A stretch of 64,000 nucleotides of DNA, taken from an uncultured bacterium (GTDB lineage Bacteria; Acidobacteriota; Vicinamibacteria; Vicinamibacterales; Vicinamibacteraceae). Of this stretch, positions 10,353 to 20,821 are shown in pieces. Position numbers and translations under genes: made by a program. The notes under the pieces were generated by a model. It searched no databases. It saw nothing but the letters and a program-made list of their open reading frames with translations, and had not been told where the DNA came from. The stretch lies in contig CBIHOS010000005.1 of the NCBI GenBank assembly GCA_966211945.1, positions 13,665-77,664 on the forward strand, written 5' to 3'. The stretch's first letter is position 1. Each line of letters begins with the position of its first letter.

Positions 10353-10428
10353 TGCGAGCCACGCCGCAATGGACGGGGAAACACGTCACGGCCGGCGGCG
10401 CTGGACGTCGGTCGTCACGGCGGGGCAA

Positions 10429-10989
10429 TCAGAACATGCCCAGCGCGATCTTGGCGTCCTCCGACATCAGGTCCTTGGTCCACGCCGGCTCCCACACGAC
10501 GTCGACGAACGCGTCGGTGACGCCCTCGAGCGCCTTCACCTTGTAGCGGACCTCACTCGGCAGCTGCTGCGCAGACGGGCAGGCCGGCGACGTGAGGGTC
10601 ATGTCGACCTTCACGCGGCTGTCGGCATCTGCCTCGATCCTGTAGATCAGGCCGAGCTCGTAGATGTTGACCGGGATCTCCGGGTCGTAGACCGTGCTGA
10701 TCGCTTCGACGATCTTCGGCGTGAGCTCCGCGGTGCGGCCCTCGTCCTTCGGCCCGATCTGCGACGCGGCGCCTCCGGCCGGTGCCGGCGGCGGCTCGAG
10801 CAGCGCGCCGACGTCTAGGCCGTACGCGCCCGGCTGCGGCACGTCTGGCGCTTCGACCTCCATGGCGGCGAGCGGGTTGTCGGCAGCAACGGACGGTGCG
10901 GACGCCGTCTCCGGCGCCACGGCCGGCCTCGGCGCTGCGGGTTCCGGCGTGGACGCCTGCGGGTCGGATTTCTTGAAGAAGGAGAACAT
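10429..10989 (-). CDS. sufT: SufT (DUF59/MIP18) Fe-S assembly protein with a Pro/Ala-rich N-terminal extension
   Basis: TVYDPEIPVNIYELGLIY, MTLTSPACP, VVWEPAWTKD; last gene of the suf operon. Confidence 0.85.
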   Translation of the reverse strand: MFSFFKKSDPQASTPEPAAPRPAVAPETASAPSVAADNPLAAMEVEAPDVPQPGAYGLDVGALLEPPPAPAGGAASQIGPKDEGRTAELTPKIVEAISTVYDPEIPVNIYELGLIYRIEADADSRVKVDMTLTSPACPSAQQLPSEVRYKVKALEGVTDAFVDVVWEPAWTKDLMSEDAKIALGMF

Positions 10990-11019
10990 CGCTTGCCTCA
11001 ATTCACAAATTCTCCGCGT

Positions 11020-11460
11020 TCACTCTGTGCTCACCGTCGCCGCGGCGCCGTCCATGGCGGCCAGCAGCGCGTGCCAGGCCAGCATGGCGCACTTCACGCG
11101 CGACGGGAACTCCTTGACGCCGGTCAGGGCCACGAGCTTGCCGAGTGCTTCGTCGTCGGGCTCCACCTTGCCGGTGACGGCGTCCTGGAACAGCGCGAAC
11201 AGCGCATGCGCCTCGGCCGTCGTCCTGCCGGTCACGGCCTCGGTCATCAGCGACGCCGAGGCCTTGCTGATCGCGCAGCCGGTGCCGACGAACCGCGCTT
11301 CCTCGACCCGCTCACCCGACATGCGTACGTAGACGCTGACGCGATCGCCGCACATCGGGTTGTGGCCCGCCGCCTGCGACGCGCCCTCGAGCGTGCCGAA
11401 ATTGCGCGGCCGCTTGTTGTGGTCGAGGATGACTTCCTGGTACAGGTCGCGAAGATCCAT
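11020..11460 (-). CDS. sufU: SufU-type Fe-S scaffold/sulfur-transfer protein
   Basis: DLYQEVILDH, HNPMCGD, GCAISKASAS, RVKCAMLAW. Confidence 0.92.
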   Translation of the reverse strand: MDLRDLYQEVILDHNKRPRNFGTLEGASQAAGHNPMCGDRVSVYVRMSGERVEEARFVGTGCAISKASASLMTEAVTGRTTAEAHALFALFQDAVTGKVEPDDEALGKLVALTGVKEFPSRVKCAMLAWHALLAAMDGAAATVSTE

Positions 11461-11472
11461 GGTCGTCCGTTG

Positions 11473-11556
11473 GTAGGGCGCGTTCCCCGGCTTGTCCGCC
11501 GGAGCCTCGACGAAGGTGCGACGCGCCTGTCAGGCGCCTCGGGGAGGCGCCCCTAC
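11473..11556. repeat. GTAG-family REP doublet (REPIN-like) enclosing a second dispersed repeat
   Basis: GTAGGGCGCG at 11473; inverted GGCGCCTCGGGGAGGCGCCCCTAC ending at 11556; internal 11491-11516 resembles the reverse complement of 17467-17493. Confidence 0.7.
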
Positions 11557-11558
11557 CT

Positions 11559-12776
11559 TCATGAAAAGAACTGCTGCACGCGGCGGACGCTCCCGATGAG
11601 CGCCTCGACGTCGTCGTGCGTGTTGTAGAGCGCGAAGGACGCCCGGACCGTTGCCGGGACGCCGAAGAAATCCATCACCGGCTGCGCGCAGTGTTGTCCG
11701 GTGCGCACGGCCACGCCGTCCTGGTCCAGGAACGTCCCGACATCGTGCGGATGCACGTCGCCCACCAGGAACGACACGACGCCGGCCCGCGCCGGCGCCT
11801 CCCCCATCAGGCGCACGCCGTCGATCGCGGCGAGTTCTCTCGCGGCGTGCTCGACGAGCGCGTGCTCGTGCGCCGCAATCTCGCGCAGGTCGAAGCGCGA
11901 GAGGAAGTCGATCGCGGCGCCGAACCCCACCACGCCGGCGATGTTCGGCGTACCCGCCTCGAACTTGTACGGCACCTGGTTGTACTCGGTGCGCTCGAAG
12001 GTCACCGACGCGATCATGTCGCCGCCGCCCATCCAGGGCGGCATCGACTCGAGCAGCGCCCGGCGGCCGTACAACGCGCCGATGCCGGTCGGGCCGTACA
12101 TCTTGTGGGCCGAACAGGCGTAGAAGTCGCAGTCGAGCGCCTGGACGTCCACCGGCAGGTGCGGCGCCGCCTGCGCGCCGTCGACCAGCACCGGGATGCC
12201 GCGTGCCTTCGCCAGCCGGATGATCGTCTCGATCGGGTTGACCGTGCCGAGCGCGTTCGACACGTGGATCATCGACACGATCGCCGTGCGCGGGCCGAGC
12301 AGCTGCTCGTAGGCCGCCATGTCGAGCACGCCCTGCGCGTCCATCGGCACGACCTTCAGCACCGCCCCGGTCTGCTCGGCGACGATCTGCCACGGCACGA
12401 TGTTGGAGTGGTGCTCCATGCGCGACACGAGGATCTCGTCGCCCGGCTTCAGGCGCGGCCGCGCGAAACTGTACGCGACCAGGTTGAGCGCCTCGGTGCA
12501 GCCGCGCGTGAAGACGATCTCGGCCGACTCGCGCGCGTTGAAGAAGCGGGCAATCCGATCGCGGGCGCCTTCGTAGGCGCGCGTCGCGCGCTCGCTCAGC
12601 AGGTGCGTCGCGCGGTGGATGTTGGCGTTGTCGGTGCGGTAGTAGTGGTCCAGCGCCTCGAGGACCGACAACGGCTTCTGCGTCGTGTTGGCGTTGTCGA
12701 GATAGACGAGGGGCTTGCCGTGGACCTGCTGGTCCAGGATCGGGAACTCACGACGTATCGCAGCAGCGTCGAACAT
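11559..12776 (-). CDS. sufS: SufS cysteine desulfurase (group II)
   Basis: LVYLDNANTTQKP, EHHSNIVPWQ, CSAHKMYGPTG (PLP Lys), RTGQHCAQP. Confidence 0.95.
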   Translation of the reverse strand: MFDAAAIRREFPILDQQVHGKPLVYLDNANTTQKPLSVLEALDHYYRTDNANIHRATHLLSERATRAYEGARDRIARFFNARESAEIVFTRGCTEALNLVAYSFARPRLKPGDEILVSRMEHHSNIVPWQIVAEQTGAVLKVVPMDAQGVLDMAAYEQLLGPRTAIVSMIHVSNALGTVNPIETIIRLAKARGIPVLVDGAQAAPHLPVDVQALDCDFYACSAHKMYGPTGIGALYGRRALLESMPPWMGGGDMIASVTFERTEYNQVPYKFEAGTPNIAGVVGFGAAIDFLSRFDLREIAAHEHALVEHAARELAAIDGVRLMGEAPARAGVVSFLVGDVHPHDVGTFLDQDGVAVRTGQHCAQPVMDFFGVPATVRASFALYNTHDDVEALIGSVRRVQQFFS

Positions 12777-12790
12777 TCGCACCAGGCCAA

Positions 12791-12908
12791 CGGGCTAAGG
12801 GGCTTCAGGCTACGGGCTACCTGTGGCAACGCAGCCTGTGTAAGCAGCCTGCAGCCCGAAGTCTGCAGCCTGCGCGTCGAACAGGGCGCCTCAGAGAGGC
12901 GCCCCTAC
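12791..12908. repeat. Inverted degenerate heptamer array plus a GTAG REP hairpin
   Basis: GGCT(A/T) units facing (A)GCCTGC units at 12791-12872; GGCGCCTCAGAGAGGCGCCCCTAC ending at 12908. Confidence 0.6.
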
Positions 12909-14207
12909 CTACTCTCTGATCGGCAACCGCGCCAGCAGCACCTGCTCGAGCGCGTGGCGCACCGAGTCGATGCGGATGTTCTCCACCACCGACTCGGCGA
13001 ATGCGTGGACCAGCAGGGCGCGCGCATCGTCTTTGCCGATGCCGCGGGCCCGCAGGTAGAACAGCGACTCCTCGCTCAACTGGCCGACCGTCGCGCCGTG
13101 CGTGCACTTGACGTCGTCGGCGAAGATCTCGAGCTGCGGCTTGGTGTCGATCGTCGCGTCGTCCGACAGCAGCAGCACCTGGTTGGTCTGCTTCGCGTCG
13201 GTCTTCTGCGCGTCCTCGCGGACGAAGATCTTGCCGTTGAAGACGCCGCGGCTGCGGCCGTCGAGCACGCCCTTGTAGATCTCGTAGCTGTGACAGTGCG
13301 GCTTGGCGTGGTCGATGGCGGTGTGGTTGTCGACGAGCCGGTCGCCGTCGGCCAGGTACAGGCCGTTCACCGTGCACTCGATGCCTTCGCCGTCGAGCGT
13401 CGCGTTGATGTCGTTGCGCGTCAGCAGTCCGCCCAGCGAGATGTTGTGGGTGGCAAACACCGACGCCTTCGCCAGGTGCATGTGCGTGCTCGACACGTGC
13501 TGCGCCTTCACGCTCTCGCGGTTGACCTTGTAGTGGTCGACGTGGGCGCCCTCGGCCGACAGCACTTCGGTCAGCGCGTTGACCACGTAGCGGCGGTCGG
13601 CTCCGGCAAAGCTCTCGACCAGCGACACCTGGCTGTTCTCGGCCGCGACCACCAGCGTACGCGGATACGACGCGCCCGCACCGGTCGAGAAGTACAGCAC
13701 GTGGATCGGCGCCTCGACAACGACGTTGCGGTCGACGATGACCACGATGCCGTCGGTGAACCAGGCGTCGTTGAGCGCGGTGAAGCCGTGCTGGCGGAAC
13801 TGCACCGCGGTGCCGAGGTGGCGCTGCAGCAGCTGCGGATCCGTCTCGAGCACCGAGCGAAGGTCGCTGACGCGGACGCCGGCCGGCAGGTCGCGCAGGC
13901 GCGACAGGCGCGGTGCGTAGCGGCCGTCGACGAACACGAGCTGTGGACCGTCGAACGCGCGGAACAGGAACGCCTCGACGAGCGCGGCGTCGGCCTCGGT
14001 CGTCGCCACGGGCTGGCCCGGCACCTCGGCGACCGCGGTCACCGGCGTGAACCGCCACTCCTCGTGGCGTGTCGTCGGCAGGCCTTCGTCGCGATAGGTG
14101 GCGGCGGCGCGCGCCCGGCTGGCGCGCAGCCACTCGGGCTCGCCGGGGCGGGCGGTGAACTCGTCGAACCCCGTCAACAGGGAATCCTGGGCAGCAGTGA
14201 GTGACAT
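12909..14207 (-). CDS. sufD: SufD Fe-S assembly protein
   Basis: EEWRFTPV, FNGKIFVREDAQKTDAKQTN, KPQLEIFADDVKCTHGATVG. Start re-picked at MSLTAAQ. Confidence 0.93.
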   Translation of the reverse strand: MSLTAAQDSLLTGFDEFTARPGEPEWLRASRARAAATYRDEGLPTTRHEEWRFTPVTAVAEVPGQPVATTEADAALVEAFLFRAFDGPQLVFVDGRYAPRLSRLRDLPAGVRVSDLRSVLETDPQLLQRHLGTAVQFRQHGFTALNDAWFTDGIVVIVDRNVVVEAPIHVLYFSTGAGASYPRTLVVAAENSQVSLVESFAGADRRYVVNALTEVLSAEGAHVDHYKVNRESVKAQHVSSTHMHLAKASVFATHNISLGGLLTRNDINATLDGEGIECTVNGLYLADGDRLVDNHTAIDHAKPHCHSYEIYKGVLDGRSRGVFNGKIFVREDAQKTDAKQTNQVLLLSDDATIDTKPQLEIFADDVKCTHGATVGQLSEESLFYLRARGIGKDDARALLVHAFAESVVENIRIDSVRHALEQVLLARLPIRE

Positions 14208-14216
14208 CGTCGATTT

Positions 14217-14280
14217 GTAGGGCCCGCTCGCCGCGCGGGCCATCTGAACATCTGGCCTACAGCCTGCGGCCTGCAGGCTG
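14217..14280. repeat. GTAG REP hairpin followed by GCCT(A/G)C(A/G) heptamers
   Basis: GTAGGGCCCGCTCGCCGCGCGGGCC at 14217-14241, then gcctaca-gcctgcg-gcctgca. Confidence 0.55.
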
Positions 14281-14291
14281 CGTGAAGCGTT

Positions 14292-15047
<756 letters not shown>

Positions 15048-15067
15048 GTTCGTGTATCGCGCCGGCG

Positions 15068-16510
15068 CTAACCGACGCTGCCCTCGAGAGAGATGCCGAG
15101 GAGCTTCTGCGCCTCGACGGCGAACTCCATCGGGAGCTCACGGAAGACTTCCTTGCAGAAGCCGTTGACGATGATGTTGACCGCGTCCTCGGTCGAGATG
15201 CCGCGCTGGCGGCAGTAGAAGATCTGGTCCTCGCCGATCTTCGACGTCGACGCCTCGTGTTCCACCGTCGACGAGGTGTTCTTCACCTCGATGTACGGGA
15301 ACGTGTGGGCGCCGCAGCGATCGCCGATCAGCAGCGAGTCGCACTGCGAGTAGTTGCGCGAGCCGGCGGCGCCCTTGGCGATCTTCACGAGCCCGCGATA
15401 GGTGTTCTGGCCCTTGCCGGCCGAGATGCCCTTGCTGACGATGGTGCTCCGGGTGTTGCGCCCCAGGTGCACCATCTTGGTGCCGGTGTCGGCCTGCTGC
15501 CGGTTGTTGGTCACGGCCACCGAGTAGAACTCGCCGACGGCGTTGTCGCCCTGCAGGATGCAGCTCGGGTACTTCCAGGTGATCGCCGAGCCGGTCTCCA
15601 CCTGCGTCCACGTGATCTTGGCGTCGGTCATCGCCTTGCCGCGCTTGGTCACGAAGTTGAAGATGCCGCCCTTGCCGTCCTTGTCGCCCGGATACCAGTT
15701 CTGGACCGTCGAGTACTTGATCGTCGCCCGGGCGAGCGCCACGAGCTCGACGACCGCGGCGTGCAGCTGGTGCTCGTCGCGCATCGGCGCCGTGCAGCCT
15801 TCGAGGTAGCTCACGTGGGCGCCCTCGTCGGCGATGATCAGCGTCCGCTCGAACTGGCCGGTGCCCTTGGCGTTGATCCGGAAGTACGTCGAGAGCTCCA
15901 TCGGGCAGCGCACGCCCTTGGGGACGTAGACGAAGGAGCCGTCGCTGAACACGGCGGAGTTCAGCGCCGCGTAGAAGTTGTCGGTGTGCGGCACGACCGA
16001 ACCGACGTACTTGCGCACCAGATCGGGGTGCTCGCGCACCGCTTCGGAGAACGAGCAGAAGATGATGCCGAGCTCGGCCAGCTTCTCCTTGAAGGTCGTC
16101 GCGACCGACACGCTGTCGAAGACGGCGTCAACGGCGACGCCGGCCAGCGCCATCTGCTCGGCGAGCGGAATGCCGAGCTTGTCGAACGTCGCCCGCACCT
16201 CCGGGTCGACCTCATCCAGGCTGTTGAGCTGCTTCTTCGGCTTCGGCGCGGAGTAATAGCTGATGCTCTGGAAGTCGACGGGCGGGTAGTGCACGTTCGA
16301 CCATTCCGGGTAGCTCATCTTCTGCCACGCGCGGAACGACTTGAGGCGCCAGTCGAGCATCCACTCGGGCTCCTTCTTGCGGCGCGAGATCTCGCGAACC
16401 GTCGACTCGTCCAGTCCCGGCGGCAGCGTATCGGCCTCGACCTCGGTCGTGAAGCCGTACTTGTAGTCCTGGGTGGCGAGTTGTTCGATGGTGTCTGTGG
16501 ACGTACTCAT
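15068..16510 (-). CDS. sufB: SufB Fe-S assembly scaffold
   Basis: [52 protein letters not shown]. Confidence 0.96.
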   Translation of the reverse strand: MSTSTDTIEQLATQDYKYGFTTEVEADTLPPGLDESTVREISRRKKEPEWMLDWRLKSFRAWQKMSYPEWSNVHYPPVDFQSISYYSAPKPKKQLNSLDEVDPEVRATFDKLGIPLAEQMALAGVAVDAVFDSVSVATTFKEKLAELGIIFCSFSEAVREHPDLVRKYVGSVVPHTDNFYAALNSAVFSDGSFVYVPKGVRCPMELSTYFRINAKGTGQFERTLIIADEGAHVSYLEGCTAPMRDEHQLHAAVVELVALARATIKYSTVQNWYPGDKDGKGGIFNFVTKRGKAMTDAKITWTQVETGSAITWKYPSCILQGDNAVGEFYSVAVTNNRQQADTGTKMVHLGRNTRSTIVSKGISAGKGQNTYRGLVKIAKGAAGSRNYSQCDSLLIGDRCGAHTFPYIEVKNTSSTVEHEASTSKIGEDQIFYCRQRGISTEDAVNIIVNGFCKEVFRELPMEFAVEAQKLLGISLEGSVG

Positions 16511-16621
16511 GTGTGGTCCTTCTGGGTTGGCTTCGAAGAGCCCCATCCCGGAATGGTTGCGGTGGAATGCCGCCGCGGCTGGCCGCCATGGCGAGCGCCG
16601 ACGTACCCGCCGAACCTTCCT

Positions 16622-16650
16622 AATATACGACTTACGCGGTCGGTCATCAA
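16622..16650 (-). promoter_or_regulatory. sigma70-like suf promoter overlapped by an IscR type-1-like operator
   Basis: Minus strand reads TTGATG-N17-TATATT; within it AT-N4-GAC-N7-GTC-N4-AT (16623-16647). Confidence 0.65.
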
Positions 16651-16833
16651 GGTGCAGCCGATCTGCAAGTGGCTGACCCGGAAGAAGTTAGCGCCTCGAA
16701 GTTGAGACCAGTCGCAAGATTGAAGGGACCGCAGTACGGCCACCGAGGACGTGTGTGGGGGAGCCGCGGCCCCGGCAGGCCGGCGGGAGTCGGCCGCCAG
16801 ACTCACAAGTCCGGCAGCCGCAAGGACTTGGCG

Positions 16834-17370
16834 CTACTGGCCGGACGAGGAAGGCGGCACCAGCCCCTTCACCCGCAGGTAGGTGACAAGGTTGCCGTAG
16901 TGCTCGCTCGAGTGCGAGACGTTGATGGTCAACGCGGCGAGCCGCGGATACTTGCTGCCGAACATCTCGATGATCTCGACGCCCCTGGCGTCGTTCATCG
17001 CGTCATACACCCCGTCGCAGTAGGCGATGGAGTCCTGCAGCGCCTTCACGAGCGCGGCCTTCCCGGTTGTCTTTTCGAAATCCGTGTCCGCCTGCGGGTT
17101 CTTCTCGCCCTTGACGGCGCTGCAGATCAGGTAGTGGTCGTTGGCCAGGTGGCCGATCAGCTGCCCGAACGTCCGCACCGTGGGAACCGGCTTGAAGCCG
17201 TAGTCGGCCTCGCCCATGAGGGCAGCCGAGGCCGCGAGGTTCTTCTTCAGGCCGCCCCAGCCCGACTTCACCGCCGTTGTCCACGGGCCCGGCGCCGCCT
17301 GCGCCCACGCCACGCCCGCGCTTGTCGTCAATGCCAGCACCGCGCCGGCTGCCCATCGCATTCGCATCAT
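16834..17370 (-). CDS. Secreted DinB/YfiT-family protein
   Basis: Signal peptide (AWA-Q); FKPVPTVRTFGQLIGH and SHSSEHYGNLVTYLR; GGAGG RBS upstream. Confidence 0.8.
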   Translation of the reverse strand: MMRMRWAAGAVLALTTSAGVAWAQAAPGPWTTAVKSGWGGLKKNLAASAALMGEADYGFKPVPTVRTFGQLIGHLANDHYLICSAVKGEKNPQADTDFEKTTGKAALVKALQDSIAYCDGVYDAMNDARGVEIIEMFGSKYPRLAALTINVSHSSEHYGNLVTYLRVKGLVPPSSSGQ

Positions 17371-17466
17371 CGTTCCCTCCCTCTCGAGCGGACGCGCCAG
17401 CAGCACGCCCAGACGAGACCCGAGACGAGAGTACGGGAGCGGTTCCGACAGCGTTCCAGGGCTCCG

Positions 17467-17534
17467 CCTTCGCCAAGGCTCCGGCGCGGCAGGAACGCGG
17501 CCTCCAAGGTAGGGCCCGTTGTCCCAACGCGGCC
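17467..17534. repeat. Dispersed CCTTCGCCAAGGCTCCGGCG repeat plus a GTAG REP
   Basis: GTAGGGCCCGTTGTCCCAACGCGGCC at 17509-17534 is nearly identical to 42108-42132. Confidence 0.65.
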
Positions 17535-17539
17535 TGACA

Positions 17540-20257
17540 CTACTGCCTCATCGCGGACGCCGGGTCGGTACGGGCCGCCTGCCAGGCCGGGATGACGCCG
17601 GCGACCGCACCCGTGAGCAGCAGCACGACGGCAGCGCCCGTCAGCGTGACCGGGTCGTTCGGCTCGAGGCCGTAGAGCAGGACCTCGACAGCGCGCGACG
17701 CGTACAACGCGCCGACGGCGCCGATCGTCACGCCCGCCGCGACCAGCAGCGCCACGCGGCGGAGGACCAGCGACACCACCGAGGTCGGCGTGGCGCCGAG
17801 CGCCAGCCTCACCCCGATCTCGCTCCGTCGCCGGCTCACGGCATAGGCGGTCACGCCGTACAACCCGATGCCGGCAATGGCCAGCGCGAGGGCCCCGAAC
17901 AGGCCGGCCAGGATCGCCAGCAGGCGCTCCTGCACCATGGTGCTCTCGACCTGCCGGCTGAGGGCGACCATTTCCACGGCGAGCGGGATGCCGGCGCCTT
18001 CGATTGCCGAGGCGATCGGGCGCTCCAGCCCGTTCGCCCGCCCACCCATCGCCCGGGCGCTGAGACTGATCGTTGCGGGCAGCACCGGAATCTGCGCCAG
18101 CGGCGCGTACATGATCGGCGGCGGTGCCTCGCGGGCGTTGCGATACTGCGCGTCCTCGACGACGCCGACAATCACCGATCCATCCTCGTCGTCGCGATCG
18201 CCCTCGACGAGGCGGCCGATCGGTTCTCCCTGCGCGATGAAGCGACGGACGAAGGCCTGGTTGACGATCGTCACCTTCGGCGCCCCGGCCGCGTCGGTCT
18301 CGAGGAAGTCCCGTCCGGCCAGCAGCCGCGTGCCGTGCGTTTCGAAGTAGCCCGGCGAGACGGCGTTGGACCAGGTCATGCGCTCACGCCCCTGGCCCTG
18401 GACCGCGCGACCGTCCACCGACCCGACGCGCCAGTTCCACCCTCGGCCCGACAGCGGCGAGATCACCGCCACGGTCGTCTGTTCGACGCCCGGCACCCCG
18501 GCGACGATGCGACGCAGGCGTGCGTAGGCGTCGCCACGCCGCTCCGGCGCCATCGCATCGCGCGACAACGTCACGGTGGCGACGATGACGCGCTGCGCAT
18601 CGAACCCGAGCGGCTGCGATGCCAGGCCGGTGAACGTCCGAATCAGCAGGCCGGCGACGACGACGAGCCCGAGTGACATCGCGATCTGGGCAACGATCAG
18701 CGCCTGTGTCAGTGCTGGCGTCGCCTGGCCGGCGATGGCGCGATTCTGATCCTTGAGGGCTTCGCCGGGCGAGACGCGTGTGGCCCGCAAGGCCGGCACG
18801 ACGCCGAACAGCGGTGTCACGACCCCTGCGACGAGCACCGTGAACAGCAGCACCCGCCAGTCGAGCGAGACGTCCATCGTGTACGCCACACGCACCGTGC
18901 TCAGCTGCGACACGATCAGCCGCGCCGTCCACACCGCGAACACGAGGCCGACCGCGGCGCCGGCCATCGCGAGCAGCCAGCTCTCGATCAACATCTGGCC
19001 GACCAGTCGCGCCCGTGAGGCGCCGACAGACAGCCGCAGGCTCATCTCGGCGCGCCGTGTCCCGGCGCGTGCCAGGAGGAGATTGGCGACGTTGGCACAG
19101 GTGATGAGCAGGATTACCGCGACGACGGCCATCAGGATCATCAGCGCGTCCCGGTATCGGGCTCGCAGGCCGGACGTCCCCTGGGCGGCGGGCGCCAGGG
19201 AGAGCGGCTCGGTGAGATACCGCACCTTCTCTTCCGGCGGGTACCGATCCGGAATGGTCATCTCGCGGACCTGCGGCTGGATCTGCTGCAGTGCTCGCGT
19301 GGCTTCAGCGACCGACTGTCCGATCTGGAGGCGCACCATCACCTTCACCCACCAGTTCGAGCGGGCGTCGAGCGAGCTGCCTTCGCCGGTGATCATCGGC
19401 TCGGTGCCGAACGGGATCATGATGTCGAACCCGCGACCGACCTCCGCGCCGAAGAACGACGGCGGCATCACGCCGACGATGGTGAACGGGATGCCCTCGA
19501 TCTCCACCGGACGTGCCAGCGCGGCCACGTCGCCACCCAGCGTCCGCTCGAAGTACCGCGCACTCACCACCGCCACCGGTCCCTCGACCCCACCGCCCCG
19601 CACATCGTCGGACGCCGCGAGCGTCCGGCCGACCATCGGTGCGACGCCCATCAGCTCGAAGAACCCGCCGCTGACGTACACCACCTCGGGCCGCGCCGTG
19701 GCCCCGCCCGACGAGACGGCCATGCGATTGGGGCCGGCGAACGCGCCGACCCCGTCGAACCGCGACGCGTGCAGCCGCACCGCCTCATAGATGGGGAAGG
19801 TGTAGTCGCCACCGAGCGCGGCCGTCGCTGGCGCATCCGCCGCCGTCAGCAGTGTGAGACGGCTGGCGTGCTGGACCGGCAGTGACCGCAGCAGGAGATG
19901 GTCGACGATGGAGAAGATGGCGGTGTTGACGCCGATGCCGAGGCCCAGCGAGAGCACGGCCACGGCCGCGAAAATCGGATTGCGGCGCAGCATGCGCACG
20001 CCGACCCGCACGTCCCGCCCCGCCGCCGACAGCCAGCCCAACCCGCGTCGCTCGCGCATCGTCTCCTGGACTGCGGTGACGCTGCCCCTGCGCGCGAGCA
20101 TGTCGCGGCGCGCCTGCTCGGCCGGCACGCCCGCCGCGAGTTGATCGTCGAGCTGCAGGGCGGCCAGCGTCTCGAGTTCCTCGCGGAGATCCGCGTCGTG
20201 ACGGTCGTGCCCGAACGTCGCGGCGAGCCGCCGGGTGAATGCCCGTAGCGCCTTCAC
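17540..20257 (-). CDS. ADOP-type duplicated orphan ABC permease (two MacB/FtsX repeats)
   Basis: LGLGIGVNTAIFS, LLITCANVANLLLAR, RRSEIGVRLALGA, ARTDPASAMR; GTG start overlaps the padR stop; no ATPase partner nearby. Confidence 0.9.
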   Translation of the reverse strand: MKALRAFTRRLAATFGHDRHDADLREELETLAALQLDDQLAAGVPAEQARRDMLARRGSVTAVQETMRERRGLGWLSAAGRDVRVGVRMLRRNPIFAAVAVLSLGLGIGVNTAIFSIVDHLLLRSLPVQHASRLTLLTAADAPATAALGGDYTFPIYEAVRLHASRFDGVGAFAGPNRMAVSSGGATARPEVVYVSGGFFELMGVAPMVGRTLAASDDVRGGGVEGPVAVVSARYFERTLGGDVAALARPVEIEGIPFTIVGVMPPSFFGAEVGRGFDIMIPFGTEPMITGEGSSLDARSNWWVKVMVRLQIGQSVAEATRALQQIQPQVREMTIPDRYPPEEKVRYLTEPLSLAPAAQGTSGLRARYRDALMILMAVVAVILLITCANVANLLLARAGTRRAEMSLRLSVGASRARLVGQMLIESWLLAMAGAAVGLVFAVWTARLIVSQLSTVRVAYTMDVSLDWRVLLFTVLVAGVVTPLFGVVPALRATRVSPGEALKDQNRAIAGQATPALTQALIVAQIAMSLGLVVVAGLLIRTFTGLASQPLGFDAQRVIVATVTLSRDAMAPERRGDAYARLRRIVAGVPGVEQTTVAVISPLSGRGWNWRVGSVDGRAVQGQGRERMTWSNAVSPGYFETHGTRLLAGRDFLETDAAGAPKVTIVNQAFVRRFIAQGEPIGRLVEGDRDDEDGSVIVGVVEDAQYRNAREAPPPIMYAPLAQIPVLPATISLSARAMGGRANGLERPIASAIEGAGIPLAVEMVALSRQVESTMVQERLLAILAGLFGALALAIAGIGLYGVTAYAVSRRRSEIGVRLALGATPTSVVSLVLRRVALLVAAGVTIGAVGALYASRAVEVLLYGLEPNDPVTLTGAAVVLLLTGAVAGVIPAWQAARTDPASAMRQ

Positions 20258-20595
20258 GCCTTGCCTCCATCGGCCAGGAAGCGCGCCATGATCGCCGTCG
20301 CCTGGGCCCACTCACGCGAGGCGCGGGCCATCTCGGCGCGTCCGCTGCGGGTCAGCGTGTAGAACTTCGCCCGCCGTCCGTTCTCCGATTGTCCCCACTC
20401 GGACGCGATGGCGCCTTCCTGCTCCAGCTTGAGCAGCGCGGGGTGCAGCGTGCCGTAGTTGACCGTCAGCCGGTCGCCGCTGATCTGCTCGATGCGGCGC
20501 GCGATCCCGTATCCATGCTGCGGCCCGAGCGAGTCGAGCGTGCGGAGGATCATCAGGGCGAGCGTGCCCTGCCAGACGTCTGTCTTGCTGCCCAT
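20254..20595 (-). CDS. PadR-family transcriptional regulator (acidobacterial ADOP-associated type)
   Basis: QGTLALMILRTL, HGYGIARRIEQ, GTLHPALLKLEQEG, NGRRAKFYTLT. Confidence 0.92.
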   Translation of the reverse strand: MGSKTDVWQGTLALMILRTLDSLGPQHGYGIARRIEQISGDRLTVNYGTLHPALLKLEQEGAIASEWGQSENGRRAKFYTLTRSGRAEMARASREWAQATAIMARFLADGGKA

Positions 20596-20602
20596 GCGGT
20601 CT

Positions 20603-20649
20603 CCTATGGCCTTCCCATACTACGCAGGCTTGTATGGGGACGCAATAGG
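20603..20649. promoter_or_regulatory. Long imperfect inverted repeat touching the padR RBS (candidate PadR operator)
   Basis: Arms 20603-20620 and 20632-20649 match at 15/18 positions with an 11-nt spacer. Confidence 0.5.
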
Positions 20650-20652
20650 AGA

Positions 20653-20687
20653 GGAGGAAGTTCCCTGGACACAGGGGAACTTCCTCC
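20653..20687. terminator. Strong hairpin, possible terminator downstream of the deacetylase gene
   Basis: GGAGGAAGTTCCCTG-gaca-CAGGGGAACTTCCTCC (one bulged G); only a weak U-tract. Confidence 0.4.
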
Positions 20688-20733
20688 CGAAGTAATGCGG
20701 GAATGCTCAATGCTGAATGTCGAAAGCAATGAG

Positions 20734-20821
20734 GTAGGGACGGCTCTCCGAGCCGTCCATGGCTGCCGACCGCGTGAAACCAGACACCGCAGCGATGGAC
20801 GCCTGAGACAGGCGTCCCTAC
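20734..20821. repeat. GTAG REP doublet (REPIN-like)
   Basis: GTAGGGACGGCTCTCCGAGCCGTCC ... GGACGCCTGAGACAGGCGTCCCTAC; the right-hand CTAC overlaps the stop codon of the next gene. Confidence 0.7.

Noticed and set aside
10352-10546. Third paralogue starting at the ATG overlapping the 10352 stop
   Set aside because: The frame shows no similarity to the two paralogues and runs antisense into sufT.
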